A DNA stretch of 64,000 nucleotides from Dromiciops gliroides. Lineage: Eukaryota. A model generated the notes under the pieces. The model saw only the letters and a list, made by a program, of their open reading frames with translations. It had not been told where the DNA came from and made no database searches. Made by a program: the position numbers and the translations under genes. The stretch covers positions 490,456,948 to 490,520,947 of the forward strand of contig NC_057863.1 of assembly GCF_019393635.1 (NCBI RefSeq), written 5' to 3'. This document shows positions 1 through 12,835 of the stretch, in pieces; the first letter of the stretch is position 1, and the number at the start of each line of letters is the position of its first letter.

Positions 1-480
1 ATATAGGTGCCCTCACCTCACCAAGCAACTTTCCATTTCCTTTGGGTTACTGGCCGTTTTTCTAATACTGGTTCGTCATGATTTCCAGTTATAATCACCA
101 GAATAATCATGTTGAAAAGTTGGGCTTTTGTTGGGAGTAATCAGCTTAAAGATTGTTGTCTAATTCCCCAGATCACAGATTTAGAACTAAAAGTAACCCT
201 TGAAGTCATGTAGTCCATGCCCTCCCTCATTTTATAGAGGAAAATGAAGCCCACTTAGGATGTTTCTCAACATCAGCTAGTAGTGGCAACAATTTTGGCT
301 CCAGTTCATTATATTAATACACATGCCTCAACATTCTATTTGCTAATAAATACATATACCATCTTTGTCCTTATTGAATAGTATATCTTTTTTCCCAAAA
401 TGTGTGTTTTAGGAGATGTCTATAGATTTTTGGCCTTGGATTCTGAGGCTGGAAACAAATTATGCCATTATTTGTATTTG

Positions 481-591
481 TTTTGTTTTTGTGGGGGTTA
501 AGTGACTTGCCCAGGGTCACACAGCTAGTGTCTAGTGTCTGAGGCTGGATTTGAACTCAGGTCCTCTTGAATCCAGGGCTGGTGCTTTATC
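481..591 (-). mobile_element. tRNA-derived marsupial SINE (SINE1_Mdo-like), 5'-truncated, with a 16-bp TSD CCATTATTTGTATTTG at 465-480 and 595-610
   Basis: The reverse-complement SINE body is GTTAAGTGACTTGCCCAGGGTCACACAGCTAGT... There is a poly-T tail at the left end. The flanking direct repeats are perfect. Confidence 0.85.
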
Positions 592-969
592 ACACCATTA
601 TTTGTATTTGTAAAACTCACCATCCATTGGGAATCTATGACAAAATACTTTTTGGTAATCACATCTCCTATTTCATGTCTCAGTTGATATTGGCACTCAA
701 TGAATGTTGAACAGTTACTTCCATGTTTATATATATTTCAGAGAAATATGTTGGGTGGGGGATCTTTTGTCTTGTAAATTATTTTTTGCTATTATGTGCT
801 TTAAAAAAAAAAAAAAACTTGGCAAATGTCTTCTTTAAAAAGCCTACCAGTCCACCTTTTTCTAAGGGTACCCGATTTTTGTCTTTATACTGTTCTCAAA
901 AAGATTTCATATAGAGATGAGAAAGTAAATTAAGTCTTTTAGCTGCTGATTTTAATTTTTGTTTCCTTT

Positions 970-1105
970 GGGGGGGGGGCAGGGTAATGACAGTTAAGTG
1001 ACTTGCCCAGGGTTAGTGTCAAGTGTCTTAAGCCAGATTTGAACTCAGGTCCTCCTGAATCCAGGGCTGGTACTTTATCCAATGTGCCACCTACCTACCT
1101 GCTCC
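970..1105 (-). mobile_element. tRNA-derived marsupial SINE copy with a G10 run at the tail junction
   Basis: The consensus is matched in reverse orientation. Confidence 0.8.
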
Positions 1106-2563
1106 ATATTTATGATATTTCAAAAAAAATTTCAACAGGACTTTATTTTGTATATATCAAATCAAGTTCAGCCCTCTCTTCCTGATGTTAATTTCTTAAG
1201 TGACACTACCACTTCATTGCAGTTTGCCTCCTGCTCTTAATGTGTATAGAAAAATTTGCTACTCTGAGCTTCAATTTCCCCATCTGTTACCTAAATCACA
1301 GTTATGATCAAAATAAATAATATTCATAAAGCACAATGTATTAGCTTTATAAATAAGAATGACAGCAGAGATTGTGATATCAGAATACAAATACGGTGTT
1401 TTCCTTGTCATGGACGACATTTGGCAGACTTGTCCCAATTTAGGTCTATTTGGTGGCTCTTCCAGTTTCACCCTACAAATGCATTTGGTATGATGTCTCA
1501 GTTGGATTTCATGCCCAGGTTTTAGCAAGCACAATTTCCAATTAATTACTTTTCTCTATTTTGAAAGGGAATGGAACAGTACATGTTAGTTCATACTCTT
1601 TATCTAATGCTGCCCTTTACCATCTTGCTAATTCAAAAAGAAATTGAGACTGTTTTACACTTGTTTAATTGAAATAACAGTTCAATGTTGTCAGGGCTAT
1701 GGTGAAACTGGTACTCTTGGTGAATTTATATAAGCAAGTAATTTTTCTGTAGAACAAGCTGGAAATAGAAGAGTATGATTTTCTACTTTTTTGACTTGAT
1801 AAAATCACTAGGACTATGAAATCTGTTGTGATTTTTTTCTGGTAAAGCCATAAAAATTATCCTGTAGTTTCAGGAATCAAGACTTGAAAAGGATCCTAGA
1901 AGACCAAAGGCATGCTTCATCTTGTCTCCTCCTTCCCCTACTCTTCTCCTTTGTCTCAGAGTTCTAAACAGCTAAGAAGTTACCTAGGAAACTGGTTGCC
2001 ATTCTACCCTTCGTGTTTATTTCTAGTCTGTGCCTTCTACTTTTGTTATATTTTATCTATGCTTGTGTTTTATTCTCCAACCTGCGTTTTTTCTGTCTCA
2101 GCTTTTTCCTCAATGATTTATCTTTGTAAAGGAATCTGAAAACAGTAATGTGCACTTTCCTTATGATCAATGACAATCTTATCCCAAGGCAAATCAGGTT
2201 AAATCCTGTTTGGGGTGGGGGGGTTGTTCTTTGGCCTTTGAAAGTCATTGCCTGCAGCTCAGTAGCAACTGGTTAGTGTAGTTGTTTAACAAATACTTGT
2301 TGATTGATTCCCCCTAGTACACACCTTTTCTTTTTTGAGATCAAACTTGTGATTTCTCTGACATAAACTCCTCCCAAAGAAGATCTCCAGGTATTCTGGC
2401 CACTGCAGTACATGTTACCTGAAGGTTCTGGAAGATGAAGACATTTTTCTAGGGCTATACAGCCAGAGCTAGGGCTTGAACTCTATCTACAAAGCACACA
2501 CTTTACGTGCCTGTTATGGCAATAGAAGTCCAAAGGAGAAAAGTTAAGAATGTTAGAACACTG

Positions 2564-2672
2564 GGCAGCTAGGTGGTGAAGTGGATAAAGCACCAGCCCT
2601 GGATTCAGGAAGACCTGAGTTCAAATTTGACCTCAGACACTTGCTTTATCCACTGCGCCACCTAGCTGCCCC
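2564..2672 (+). mobile_element. Composite structure: a forward SINE fragment (2564-2643) abutting an inverted copy of the SINE 5' end (2644-2672), followed at about 2690-2790 by a MIR-like 3' region
   Basis: GGGCAGCTAGGTGGTGAAGTGGATAAAG at 2564-2591 is the reverse complement of CTTTATCCACTGCGCCACCTAGCTGCCC at 2644-2671. Confidence 0.7.
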
Positions 2673-3299
2673 TTCATCTTTTTTAATATGTTGTATTCCC
2701 CATTGGAGGGTCAACTCCTTGAGGGCATGGACTGTCTTATATCTTTGTATCCCCATACAGTTCCTGGCACATAGGAGCTGAACAAATGTCTTATTTTATG
2801 CTATCTTTTATGACCTCTGTTTTCAAAGTAAGTTAGACTATACCCAGTACTTTGCTAGGCATGTGCATTAGCATTTCCCCATACTTTCCTTTCCTTTCTC
2901 TACTTCTTGGAGCCTAATCTTCTTTCAAGGCTTAGATGCAACCTGATGATGTCCTTGACCTCGATCGTTCCTTATTTTGGCCATTTGCCATTACACTTTA
3001 AGTTCTCTGGGGGCAAGGAAAGTTTCATTTATGTCTCTGCAGTTCCGGCAGCTAAAGCTGTGCTTTGCACATAGTAAGTACTTGGAAACATCTTTTTCAA
3101 ATGTTTGTTGAGAAACTGCATCTACTTCATTTTCACTGACCTGACAACAGGTATTTTCGAAGGCTTAGTTGTGTGCCTTGTCTTTTTGTGTACTATCGAT
3201 CAGTGAGAGACAGACACCATGAGTTCATCATCTCTATGCAGATGATTCCCAGTCCTTCATTAGCAAGTACCTCTTGGACATCTCCATCTGGATAACCTG

Positions 3300-3900
3300 G
3301 AGGGGGATGTCAAACTCAACAAGTATGATCTTTTCCCTTCCCTTCACAAATTCCCTGTTACTGTCAAGGGCACCATTATCCTCCCACTCATCCAAGCTAT
3401 GTCAAAGTAATCCTTAACTCCCCTACCCTCACATATCCAAGCTGTTGTCAATTATTGTTCCTACCTTCACAATCTAGCTCTTGGATACACTTGCTTCTCT
3501 CCACTCTAGTCCAGGCCCTTGCCTCTCCCCACTCCAATCCATCCTCCACTGAGCTGCCTGTGATTTTCCTGAACAAAAGATCTGACCATGTCACCAATCT
3601 ACTTCAACTCCAGGCTCCCTTTTAACTCAAGAATCAAATATAAAACTATTCTTGTTTGGAAGGTAAAGCCCTCCATAATCCAGCCCCTTATCTTCTACTT
3701 CCCTTCATGCAGTCTATGATTCTACTGCGATGTTGTCCCCATGCCTAGAATGATCTGCCTCCTCATCTCACTATCTTCATTTCACTGACTTCAAGATTCA
3801 ACTGAAAATTCATCTGCTGTATGTGGACCTTCCAGTCTTCTCCACTTGCTAAAGATTGTCCCTCCAAGGATACCTTCTTTCTACCTCTTCTCAAGTATCC
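3300..3900. mobile_element. Old THER/Mar1-like CORE-SINE-related repeat fragment. A similar fragment is at 10100-10700 and a shorter one at 36000-36240
   Basis: Recognisable by sequence motifs such as ctccactctagtccaggcccttgcctctcc and caaatataaaactattcttgtttggaaggtaaagccctccataatc. The family assignment is from memory. Confidence 0.45.
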
Positions 3901-5279
3901 ATGACATCCTCACAGTGGGGGAAATGTCAATGTATATGCAAGTACACATTTACACATCTCCACACTAGAAGGTGCACTCCTTGAGGGAGAGGGACAGTGT
4001 TTTTGCTTTTCATTTTCCAAGTGTTTGCCACCATGTGTGGCATTAGGCTCAATAATGATTGCCAACTAGACCGATTCCTCAGGTCTGTCATCATCCCCCC
4101 CACCCCCCTCAAGAAAGCTGGCAGCAACAGAGCTTTATCTTGTTGTGTACACTCATCCCCTAAAGATGGCATCCTGATTTTACAGATAGATAATTAGGCT
4201 TAGAGCAGGGGCTCTTAATCTGAGGTCTCTATTCAATAGAATTGGCTTCCTTAGTAATCCTATATTTAGCTTATTGAAAAACATGATTATGGGATCGATA
4301 GTCTTTTACAAGATTGCCAAAGGGCTCCACAACATTTTTTTTTAAAGGCTAAGAAACCCTGACTTATTGAAATTAAGCAAGCCACCAAAATTAAGATTTG
4401 AAGTCTAGCAGTCTCCTCTAGGTCAGGATACTGGGACAAGGGCAGCAACAGTTTGGTAAGGGAGAATTAAACAGTCTTCTCAGTGTGGTTGATCATAGCT
4501 TATTAAATAGACCCCCCTCCCCCAATTCACAGTGTATATATATTCCAATGTTCTATTTTCATGAGGATACAACTACATACATTTCCAAGGCTGAATGGAA
4601 TCTTCTACATTTTCCCAGCTCAAAAGCAAATGATGGGAGAAAATTCCTTCCTTAATAGGTCATCTACAGGTAGCTTGGCTAGTCTTATCTCTCGTCACTC
4701 TTCAACAGAATCTTTCTATTTATTGTCACATTATTGTTTTACCTTAAATACTACTACCTTCCTCTCCAATTACTGATACATGTGAGTTTTTGAAGGACCA
4801 GCCTAAATTCACTTGGTGAGACCTTTCCAAAAGAAGCCCCTTGCCGAAAGTAATTTTGACACTCACCCTCTTGTGTAGTTATCAATACCAGTGATTTGGA
4901 GCTTACTTCGCAATATGGCAATACTTATTTTTTTTAACACATCTTTTTCCATTCTAGATTACAAGTTCCTTAAGAGTTTTATGCAATTGATTTTATGAAA
5001 TCTAAAATAAAAATGTATAGATCCTTTAACCAAATTTAAGTCTTATGAAAACCCAAGTCTAACAATTATTTTGTACCCGTCACCATGATATCATTTAAAA
5101 AACATATTAGTATTTGCTGTTCTCCTAAGATTTAAGGTAACGGAAGTAGACAAATGGTAACAAATATTTTTTGTTGAAACTGCAAAGTCATCAGCGCACA
5201 TTCTAGTAAAAACAAAATATGGGACAGAAAGGCAATTGTTGGATGAAAAGTAACAATGGATAAATGAAATATAAAAGTG

Positions 5280-6580
5280 AGTTGTTATTTTATTTAGCAT
5301 AATGTGACATTCCAAAAAATTGAAATACATTTCATTAAAACTATAGTAGTTTGATATTGCAGGAACTAGTCTAGAGCTAAAAAAACAAACAAACCCATGA
5401 ACAAATCTTTCATCTGTTTTCCCACAACTTAAAATGAAATAGATTCATTAGTGGTTGCAAAACATCAGTTCTTAAAAGTGTATTTTATAATCACACCATT
5501 TTAACAGTGAGCATTAAGCAGTATTTGTTCGCTATAGTTTTGCTAAGCATAGAGGCACATTGTGGTATCTAAATTCCATGTAGCAACCAGAACAGCAAGG
5601 CACAGTTGGGACTTTAAAATGTTTCCAATCGAATTTTAAAAATTTTCTGATTAAAGTATTTGAACAAAGATAATCTCTCTAATAAAGGTAACAGCTTCTC
5701 ACAAGTTACCTAAGTAGGTTTGAAACACAGAGCTAAATTATATCCCTTTAAAAACTTCATAATACCCCCAATCTGGTCAATACTATTCTTGGTTTGTCTA
5801 TAAGCATCCAAATTTATCATCTAAATACCTTTCAATACATTACTATGAATAAAGCATAACTTTAAATTTATGGAATTAATCTTCACTATAACCTTTATGC
5901 TTATGATCTGTTATAACAGTAACCTGAATCAGCTAAGTCCAATAATTTTTTCCATGCTTTCTAAATAAATTTAGAATATGACCTGTTTTTAAACATGCCT
6001 ACCACTCTGCCTAGAGTAAGAACAGATCCAATTTTTATTCAGATCCTCAATGACTCAGAATCTAGTCGTCAAAAGTGAAGCAGCAACTTTCAAACGTAAC
6101 ACACTTCCTTAGGTCTATGCAGATGACGGGTTTACACTTCATTTTTAAACATATAAACATTAAGAGTATTAGAAAATTTCAGGATTAAAAAAAATCTTTC
6201 ATCTAATTTTCTTAAATAATTCTTATATGCACCACTCCACATTGTGGAAAAGCTAAAATATGCAGTCTGGATATAAGAAAGGAAATTGATATTTAAGGTA
6301 TTGGCACAAATACTTACATCTATATTATACAAAATATCAGATAACTCTGTGTCATTCCCCACTCCCCCGCCCCCCTGCAGTGAACATACCAGATGATAGG
6401 TAATAATCAGCAAGCTGTTGCAGATAAAACTTTTAAAAGAAAGGTGGTAGAATAATGTTTTGAAAGTGTTCATGTGCCAGAAGTATTCCAAACTGCTTTA
6501 TCAGACTGAAGTAACCAGTATCAGGTTCAAAAATAACTCCATCACAATAACTGTCCTTTTTCTTTTTTCTTTTTTTTTGG
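5280..6580 (-). other. MPHOSPH8: Probable MPHOSPH8 3'UTR. It extends leftward from the stop codon. Candidate minus-strand AATAAA signals are at 6034-6039 and 5289-5294
   Basis: The region lies downstream of the stop on the minus strand and is AT-rich and non-coding. The true poly(A) site cannot be fixed from sequence alone. Confidence 0.4.
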
Positions 6581-6622
6581 TCACTGCAATTGTACTCTGT
6601 ATGCGCCTATAAGCAATTTTAC
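6581..6622 (-). CDS. MPHOSPH8: MPHOSPH8 terminal coding segment of exon 14: VKLLIGAYRVQLQ followed by TGA stop at 6581-6583
   Basis: The acceptor is ctttcctttcacag|GTA at 6623+. The reading frame is continuous from exon 13. The stop codon is followed by an A-rich 3'UTR. Confidence 0.82.
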   Translation of the reverse strand, partial: VKLLIGAYRVQLQ

Positions 6623-6742
6623 CTGTGAAAGGAAAGAGAAAATTGTTTTTTTAGTATAAATGTTTGTTTTGAGAAAAATCAATAGGCATAATTATATCAT
6701 TCAGAAGCTGTAAATGAACATTCTTTAAAAACTCTACTTGTT

Positions 6743-6902
6743 GGGGCAGCTAGGTGGCATGGTGGATAGAGCACTGGTCCCGGATTCAGGAGGACCTGAG
6801 TTCAAATCCGACCCTCAGACACTTTACACACTTACTAGCTGTGTGACCCTGGCCAAGTCACTAAACCCCAATTGCCTCACCAAAAAACAAACCAAAAAAA
6901 CC
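6743..6902 (+). mobile_element. SINE copy with TSD CTCTACTTGT at 6733-6742 and 6904-6913
   Basis: Forward match to the consensus, with an A-rich tail. Confidence 0.85.
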
Positions 6903-7571
6903 CCTCTACTTGTAATATAATATAATTCTACAATCACTTAAGCAACAAATCATAATACTGCATCTACCCCAAAAGGTTGTTTCATTTAATGTTAATTTTT
7001 AAGAAATTGATTATGACTGGTATATATGACATGCCTCTATTACTAAGTTTTCAATATCTCATTAAGCACTTGGGAGACCCAGTGATTTCCCCTTCTTTTT
7101 TAAGGCAAGCTCTTGAGAAAATTCCATCAAATCTCATTTGGGTCAAACCCAACCCAATCCCAGCTTACAAAGAAAAAGAAACTTGGAGAGACAGATCCAC
7201 TTCTAGGTGGAAAGGTATTTTGGAAGGGGGTGGAATCTTATATTCTTTTTTTGATGTCATCTCTTAAATTTTAATATAACCCACCTCCAATCATGTAAAC
7301 CAATTAGATTTAATTGCTGTGAAGGGTATATGAACAGAGACTGGACCATGAGGAAGGGGTCTTTGGTCTGAGAGAGAAACCACAGACCTCCTTTATTAAT
7401 AAAACTGCCAACCTATATCAATAATTAAGTTACCCAGAACCTTTGTCTCATATTTTTAAACTGTTAGCCTTTTTGGCCATTAGGATGGATATGGAAATGG
7501 AAAGTGAAACTGATAGGATGTCATCCTCAAACAAAATGAGATTCTGATTTAGCTAGGAAAAGATCTTTTAC

Positions 7572-7655
7572 CTTGGCAGAAGGTGCTTCTGTCAGTCGTA
7601 TAAAAAGTTTATTGAGGCCTGCAACAGGACTGAAGGAATAAACAAAATGGCTATC
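7572..7655 (-). CDS. MPHOSPH8: MPHOSPH8 exon 13, 28 codons. Peptide DSHFVYSFSPVAGLNKLFIRLTEAPSAK
   Basis: The acceptor is ttcttttgttgccttctag|GAT and the donor is GCCAAG|GTAAAA. The exon is phase 0-0 and the peptide matches the MPP8 C-terminus as I recall it. Confidence 0.82.
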
Positions 7656-7891
7656 CTAGAAGGCAACAAAAGAAAATTAATCAGAACATATATGAAAACC
7701 TCATGTATGCCAGGACTATAAAACATATCATCAAAAATCTAATAATGCAGGAGGAGAGCAAGATTTAATTATGATTCAGACCCATGGGAATCAAAGAGAA
7801 ACTTTTATCACACTGGATATGCTTTAGAAAAGTTAGGAAGTGGAAAGACCTATCTTGGAGCTTTATTTGAAAAATTAAAAGCAATGCACAA

Positions 7892-8073
7892 GGGGCGGCT
7901 AGGTGGCGCAGTGGATAAAGCACCGGCCCTGGATTCAGCAGTACATGAGTTCAAATCTGGCCTCAGACACTTGACACTTACTAGCTGTGTGACTGACCCT
8001 GGGCAAGTCACTTAACCCCCATTGCCCCACAAAAAAACAAACAAAAAAAAGCAAAAACAAACAAACAACAAAA
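7892..8073 (+). mobile_element. SINE copy, first of a tandem pair
   Basis: Forward match to the consensus, flanked by AAAAGCAATGCACAA at 7876-7890 and 8076-8090. Confidence 0.85.
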
Positions 8074-8090
8074 AAAAAGCAATGCACAAG

Positions 8091-8242
8091 GGGCAGCTAG
8101 GTGGCACAAAGGATAAAGCACCGGCCCTGGATTTAGAAAACGTGAGTTCAAATCTGGTCTCAGATACTTGATACTTACTAGCTGTGTGACCCTGGGCAAG
8201 TCACTTAACCCTCACTGCTCCACAAAAAAACCCCAAGAAAAC
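8091..8242 (+). mobile_element. SINE copy, second of the tandem pair, followed by a third copy of the flank motif (AAAATCAATGCACAC at 8243-8257)
   Basis: Forward match to the consensus, about 11 percent divergent from the first copy. Confidence 0.85.
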
Positions 8243-8846
8243 AAAATCAATGCACACACACCATATTTTCATGGTAGAAGAAAGTCAACTGAACTCCTCT
8301 GCCAAAGTATTTCAAAAATATGGCAAAACTTCACGTTACCAGTACTATAAAAAGAATGCTATTTGGGAGTTTTGGTTTCCAGGTATTTATGAGAATAAAA
8401 CAAATGATTAGAAAGCAATTTCTTACCAGATTTTACTGGCGGGGGGAGGGGGGGGGAGTAAAAGGGAAGAAATACTTGGCACTTCACATACTTTTAGTCA
8501 ATTTTCTAGGCCTTAGTAGTGCTACGTGGTTATCAAAGAATTACCCAATTATTTTCCTCACAGTAGTTGCTAAGGCAGAAATTTGGACTATGTTAAATAT
8601 GTTTAAAAAAATTTTTAATAAAAACTCGGTCAGGATTTTGCATTTAATTCTGGATTTTTCCCAATTAAATGATAATTAATTATTCATTCCTTGAATACTG
8701 GTCAACCAAGGATTACTTCTATTACTTAAGGAATCTGACATTGTAAAATGTAAACACCACCATGAAGACTATTATTAACTCTTATAAATGATATTAGAAA
8801 GACTAAAAAATGCAATTCAATTCAGTTACATATACACAAATCTTAC

Positions 8847-8974
8847 CAGAAATACAGGAAGTTGAAACTTGTCATTCAAAACTACAGCCTGTACGCTACA
8901 TGGTCCACAAAGTCTAGCAATGACTTCCTTGCCAAAAAAGTTTGCATGGAATATAAATAGGAGAATTCCAGAGC
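8847..8974 (-). CDS. MPHOSPH8: MPHOSPH8 exon 12, 128 nt. Peptide (G)SGILLFIFHANFFGKEVIARLCGPCSVQAVVLNDKFQLPVFL
   Basis: The acceptor is tttctttttatttag|GC and the donor is TTTCTG|GTAAGA. The phase is consistent with exon 11 (G+GC gives G). Confidence 0.85.
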
Positions 8975-10756
8975 CTAAATAAAAAGAAACAAAACAATGA
9001 AATCTTTTCATACACAAACAGAATAAAATAATTAGCTAATTCTCCAAAAGCACCATCATTTTTATAGAAATTACAGTTTAACTAAATTAATTAGGAAAAA
9101 CCAAGGTCAAGAATCTAAAGAGAAACAGTGGAAACAAGTGAAAAGGAAGGGGGCCTTAATAATAATGCCAAATGCCAAACTATACTACAAAGCACAATCA
9201 TCAAAATTTGGTACTAGTTTTAATTAGAGACATAAATCACTGCAACACATTAAATACACAAGTTACATAAGAAAACAAAACCAGTAGCCTAGTGTTCAAT
9301 AGACCCAACGGCCACAGTTATTGTAGGTAAGACCTAGGTATTCAACAAAAACTGCTGGGAAGCGATCTGGCAAAAAGAGAGTTTAATGATGCCCTAGAGA
9401 AATTTTTTTAAAAGAGTAAAAGGACACATGCACAAATATTCATAGAAGCTCCTTTTATAGTGAACTGAAAAGTGGTGCCCATTAATTTGAGTACAGATAG
9501 ACACATTTTGTTAACAATACCACTGAGCTACAAAACAAAAGGGGTGACAAAAGGGATGGTTTTAGAGAAACTTGGAAAGATTTGTAAGAAGGGATAGCAG
9601 AATCAGGAAACTAATTTAGACAATTAACAACATACTATAAAGACAAACTTCAGAAGAATTAAGAACTCTGATCAATGCAACGACAAACTCAAGGTAAGTA
9701 TACTTTTGTCGATATGTGTAATGCGAGAATTTACTTTGCTGGACCATAAATACTTATTACAAGGGCTTTCCTTTTTCTACCATGGGTGGCAGTCTTTAGG
9801 AGGATTTTTGTTAGAGTGGTAATAATGGGAAAAGTAAGAAGGCAGGTACTGATTTGCTAGAAATGAATGGTGAGGAAAAAGGCTCAAAAATAACAGCAAG
9901 GAGAAAATATTTACAAATGACAGTACTGTAAATACTCCTAGTTGGAGATATCCATTGTACATGCCTATGCAAAGTTTGGATATCAAATAAAATAGGATAA
10001 GGAAGGCAAAGCTAGTTATTAAAATCAGGCTGTGTGTGTTCAAATCCCAATTACCAGTGATGTAACCATGGGTTAGTTATTTTACATTTTGTTATACTTT
10101 TTTGGTTCTAACTTCTTCCCTGTCCATAAATCTGACAGATAAACTACCCTCTTTCAATATGCTTACGGTATCGCCCCCAATCCTTTCACTTCACACCTCA
10201 AAAACAAATCCAATTTTCTCCTTCATTCCAGACTCTGGCCCTTTTCTTTGTCAATACCAACTCCTCTGCACCAACACCCTTGAAGCCATATCATACTACT
10301 CCCTTTCACAGCCAAATTTCTAGAAAAAGATGTCACATTTGTAGCCGTCACTTCTTTACCTCCCACTCATTTTCTAACCTCTTGCAATCTGGCTTCCAAT
10401 GCCACTACACATCTGAAACTCCTTATTCAGAGATGACCAATGATGTTTTAACCTCTACCACCTGTTAGCCTTTTCTAATTAAAAAAGCCCTCAGCCTTCT
10501 CTGCCTTTCTTTAGCTTTTGACACTACAGAGACACTACACATCACTTCTTTTCTCCAGGAATACTCTCTTCCTGTCATACTGGTTCTTCTTACTATATTC
10601 TGTTACCAAACATCGGTATACCTCTGAGCTGTCATTGGCCTCTCTGCTCCCAGTAAACCTAATCTGCTCCCAAGGAATCAGTTATTTCTAATGCATATGA
10701 GTACCAAATCTACATAATCGGTCCTCATCTTTTTCTTGAACTTTAGTTCTGGAAAG

Positions 10757-10900
10757 GTGGAGCAGCTGATATACCATTAGCCCTGGAATACAGAGAACCT
10801 GAGTTCAAATCCAGCCTCAAACACTTGACACTTATTACCTGTGTGACCCTGGGCAAGTTATTTAACCCTCACTGCCCCCTCACCCCCAAGAATAAATAAG
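10757..10900 (+). mobile_element. SINE copy with a diverged 5' end
   Basis: Contains GAGTTCAAATCCAGCCTCAAACACTTGACACTTATTACCTGTGTGACCCTGGGCAAGTTATTTAACCC. Confidence 0.75.
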
Positions 10901-12143
10901 AACAGGCAAAATCATGAGCAAATAGTAGTGGCACCAAAAGTTTAAATCCTTTAAGCTACCATAAAATGCTAGTATAAACAATTCACACTAACCTTCCTCT
11001 CCCTGGCTCACAGTCTACTAAATAAAGTTCTCTGCCCCGAAATGAACGGCAAAACGAACACAAAGTCCTCAAAAATCTAATAAAATCTTCGATTAGATTT
11101 TTTTGCAGTGAAATTTACAACGTAACTTTTACTGGAGTACTGGAACACTAGAGGACAAAAGAAATATGCCAATCAAAACGGGCTGTATGTTCCATAGCTC
11201 TATCTCTTATCAGACCCAACAATACATCTCACTTCCTCTTCCATGGCAAAGCAAAACTGGAAAAAACTGCCGCTTGCAGAGTCTATCCACCCAAAGTGCC
11301 TTCACCTCCCTATCTTGTACACAAGCTGACCTCAGAGCACCTGAAGGGTTAAATTAGTGGCCTAGTCACTGCACCACTGAGTCATGAGTTGAAGTCAGGT
11401 GTGCCTCATTCTGAGAGCAGCACTGCCCAGTTACCTTAATTAGCCAAAGCCAGGCTCCTGTTTATGAGCTAAAAATGACTTTAAATAAACAGGGACATAT
11501 CAAATTTCCTAGTTTCATTACCTTGTTCCAGTTTTACCTTTTCCTTGAAAAGAACATTTTCTTTTGGCCTGTGTATACAGCATCACTAACCTCTCAAGAG
11601 ATACACTTTTATTTCAAAGATATTTTGTCACACTGGGCAGTAGTCAGCATTTTTGCACTAATTATCCTGTACAACAAACTTGATACCATTTGAAAACTGC
11701 TATCAATGACACTGACCTTTACTCATCTGCAACCCAAACAATGCTTAAAAATCTAAGCCACAGAGTCACAGCCCCAAGCACCAGAGGATCCTCTAGCCCT
11801 GATGCATTATGTTCATGACTTTAGATAGGCAAGGTTTCATATTCTGGTTTCAAACAAGGCAAAAGAAAGTGATTTACTAGTCAAAAACCTAGTAAGTAGG
11901 AGAAAACCAGAACTTCTGTTTCCTAATGCCAGAAGAATTCTTTCTATTCTGTCTGTTAAAGAGTTTAAGTAGAAACAGTCAACTGGGCAAATATAGGAAA
12001 AAAGTGATTCTGAGCTTTAAAAGGATAATGAATTTAATTTAACTTTTAAAAGTTGAAAAAGGTGATTTAAAAATAAAAATACAATTTAATTTTGTTGAAT
12101 TAACCGTTTCACTGAATTAAATGAAATGGATTTTAAATGTTAC

Positions 12144-12293
12144 TTTTTTTTCTTTTTCTTTATTTTTTTGCAGGGCAATTGGGGTTAAGTGACTTGCCCA
12201 GGGTCACACAGCTAGTAAATGTTAAGTGTCTGAGGTCGGATTTGAACTCAGGTCTATCTCAGTGCTCTATCCACTGCACCACCTAGCTGCCCC
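12144..12293 (-). mobile_element. SINE copy with an internal deletion
   Basis: Reverse orientation, with a poly-T tail at the left. Confidence 0.8.
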
Positions 12294-12574
12294 TAAAATG
12301 CAACTTCTATTCTGGAAATTAAACTCAACATTTTAGTGTTAATTACTGAAAAGTTGTAGCCAATATCTCATTGTAGTGTAGAGATAATACTATTTCCCCT
12401 TTATTTTCCCTGTTATTTAATTTCACTGATAATCTCCATTTCCAAAGTATCTTTTGGTGCCTTCCCTCCATAGCAAGTAGTTCATCTATCCCATTTAATA
12501 AATAAAAGGGAAGAAAATAAAACAGTTCAGCCAAACTAACCAACACTTTAACCAAATCTGATTCTCTCTGTATC

Positions 12575-12650
12575 TGTGTATACATATACATATATACACA
12601 CATACATGTATTTATGTATATGTGTATGTATGTATATACTTCCATATCCA
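12575..12650. repeat. (TATG/CATA)n compound microsatellite
   Basis: Visible by direct reading. Confidence 0.9.
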
Positions 12651-12835
12651 CAAAGAAGGGAAGAAGGTAAATTTTTCCATCTCTTCTTTGGGGATAACTT
12701 GATCATTACAATTACATATAGATGAATTTAAAAGAATTTATTAAGCACTACTATGTGAAAAACATTATGCTAAATGTTGAGGATATGAATAATCCCTAAT
12801 GGGGATAAAACACATAAGATGCATTATGAAGCATT

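Noticed and set aside
1-5000. Possible 3' end of a convergent neighbour gene (PSPC1 in human synteny)
   Set aside because: No exon-like conserved coding stretch or splice structure is visible. Synteny alone is insufficient.
6132-6491. 119-aa minus-strand ORF just downstream of the MPHOSPH8 stop
   Set aside because: It lies in the 3'UTR and in a different frame from the terminal exon. Its composition is low-complexity, and it has no splice or start context.
8320-8679. 119-aa plus-strand ORF
   Set aside because: It contains a G-run simple sequence and SINE flank, has no homology signal, and sits inside an MPHOSPH8 intron on the opposite strand.
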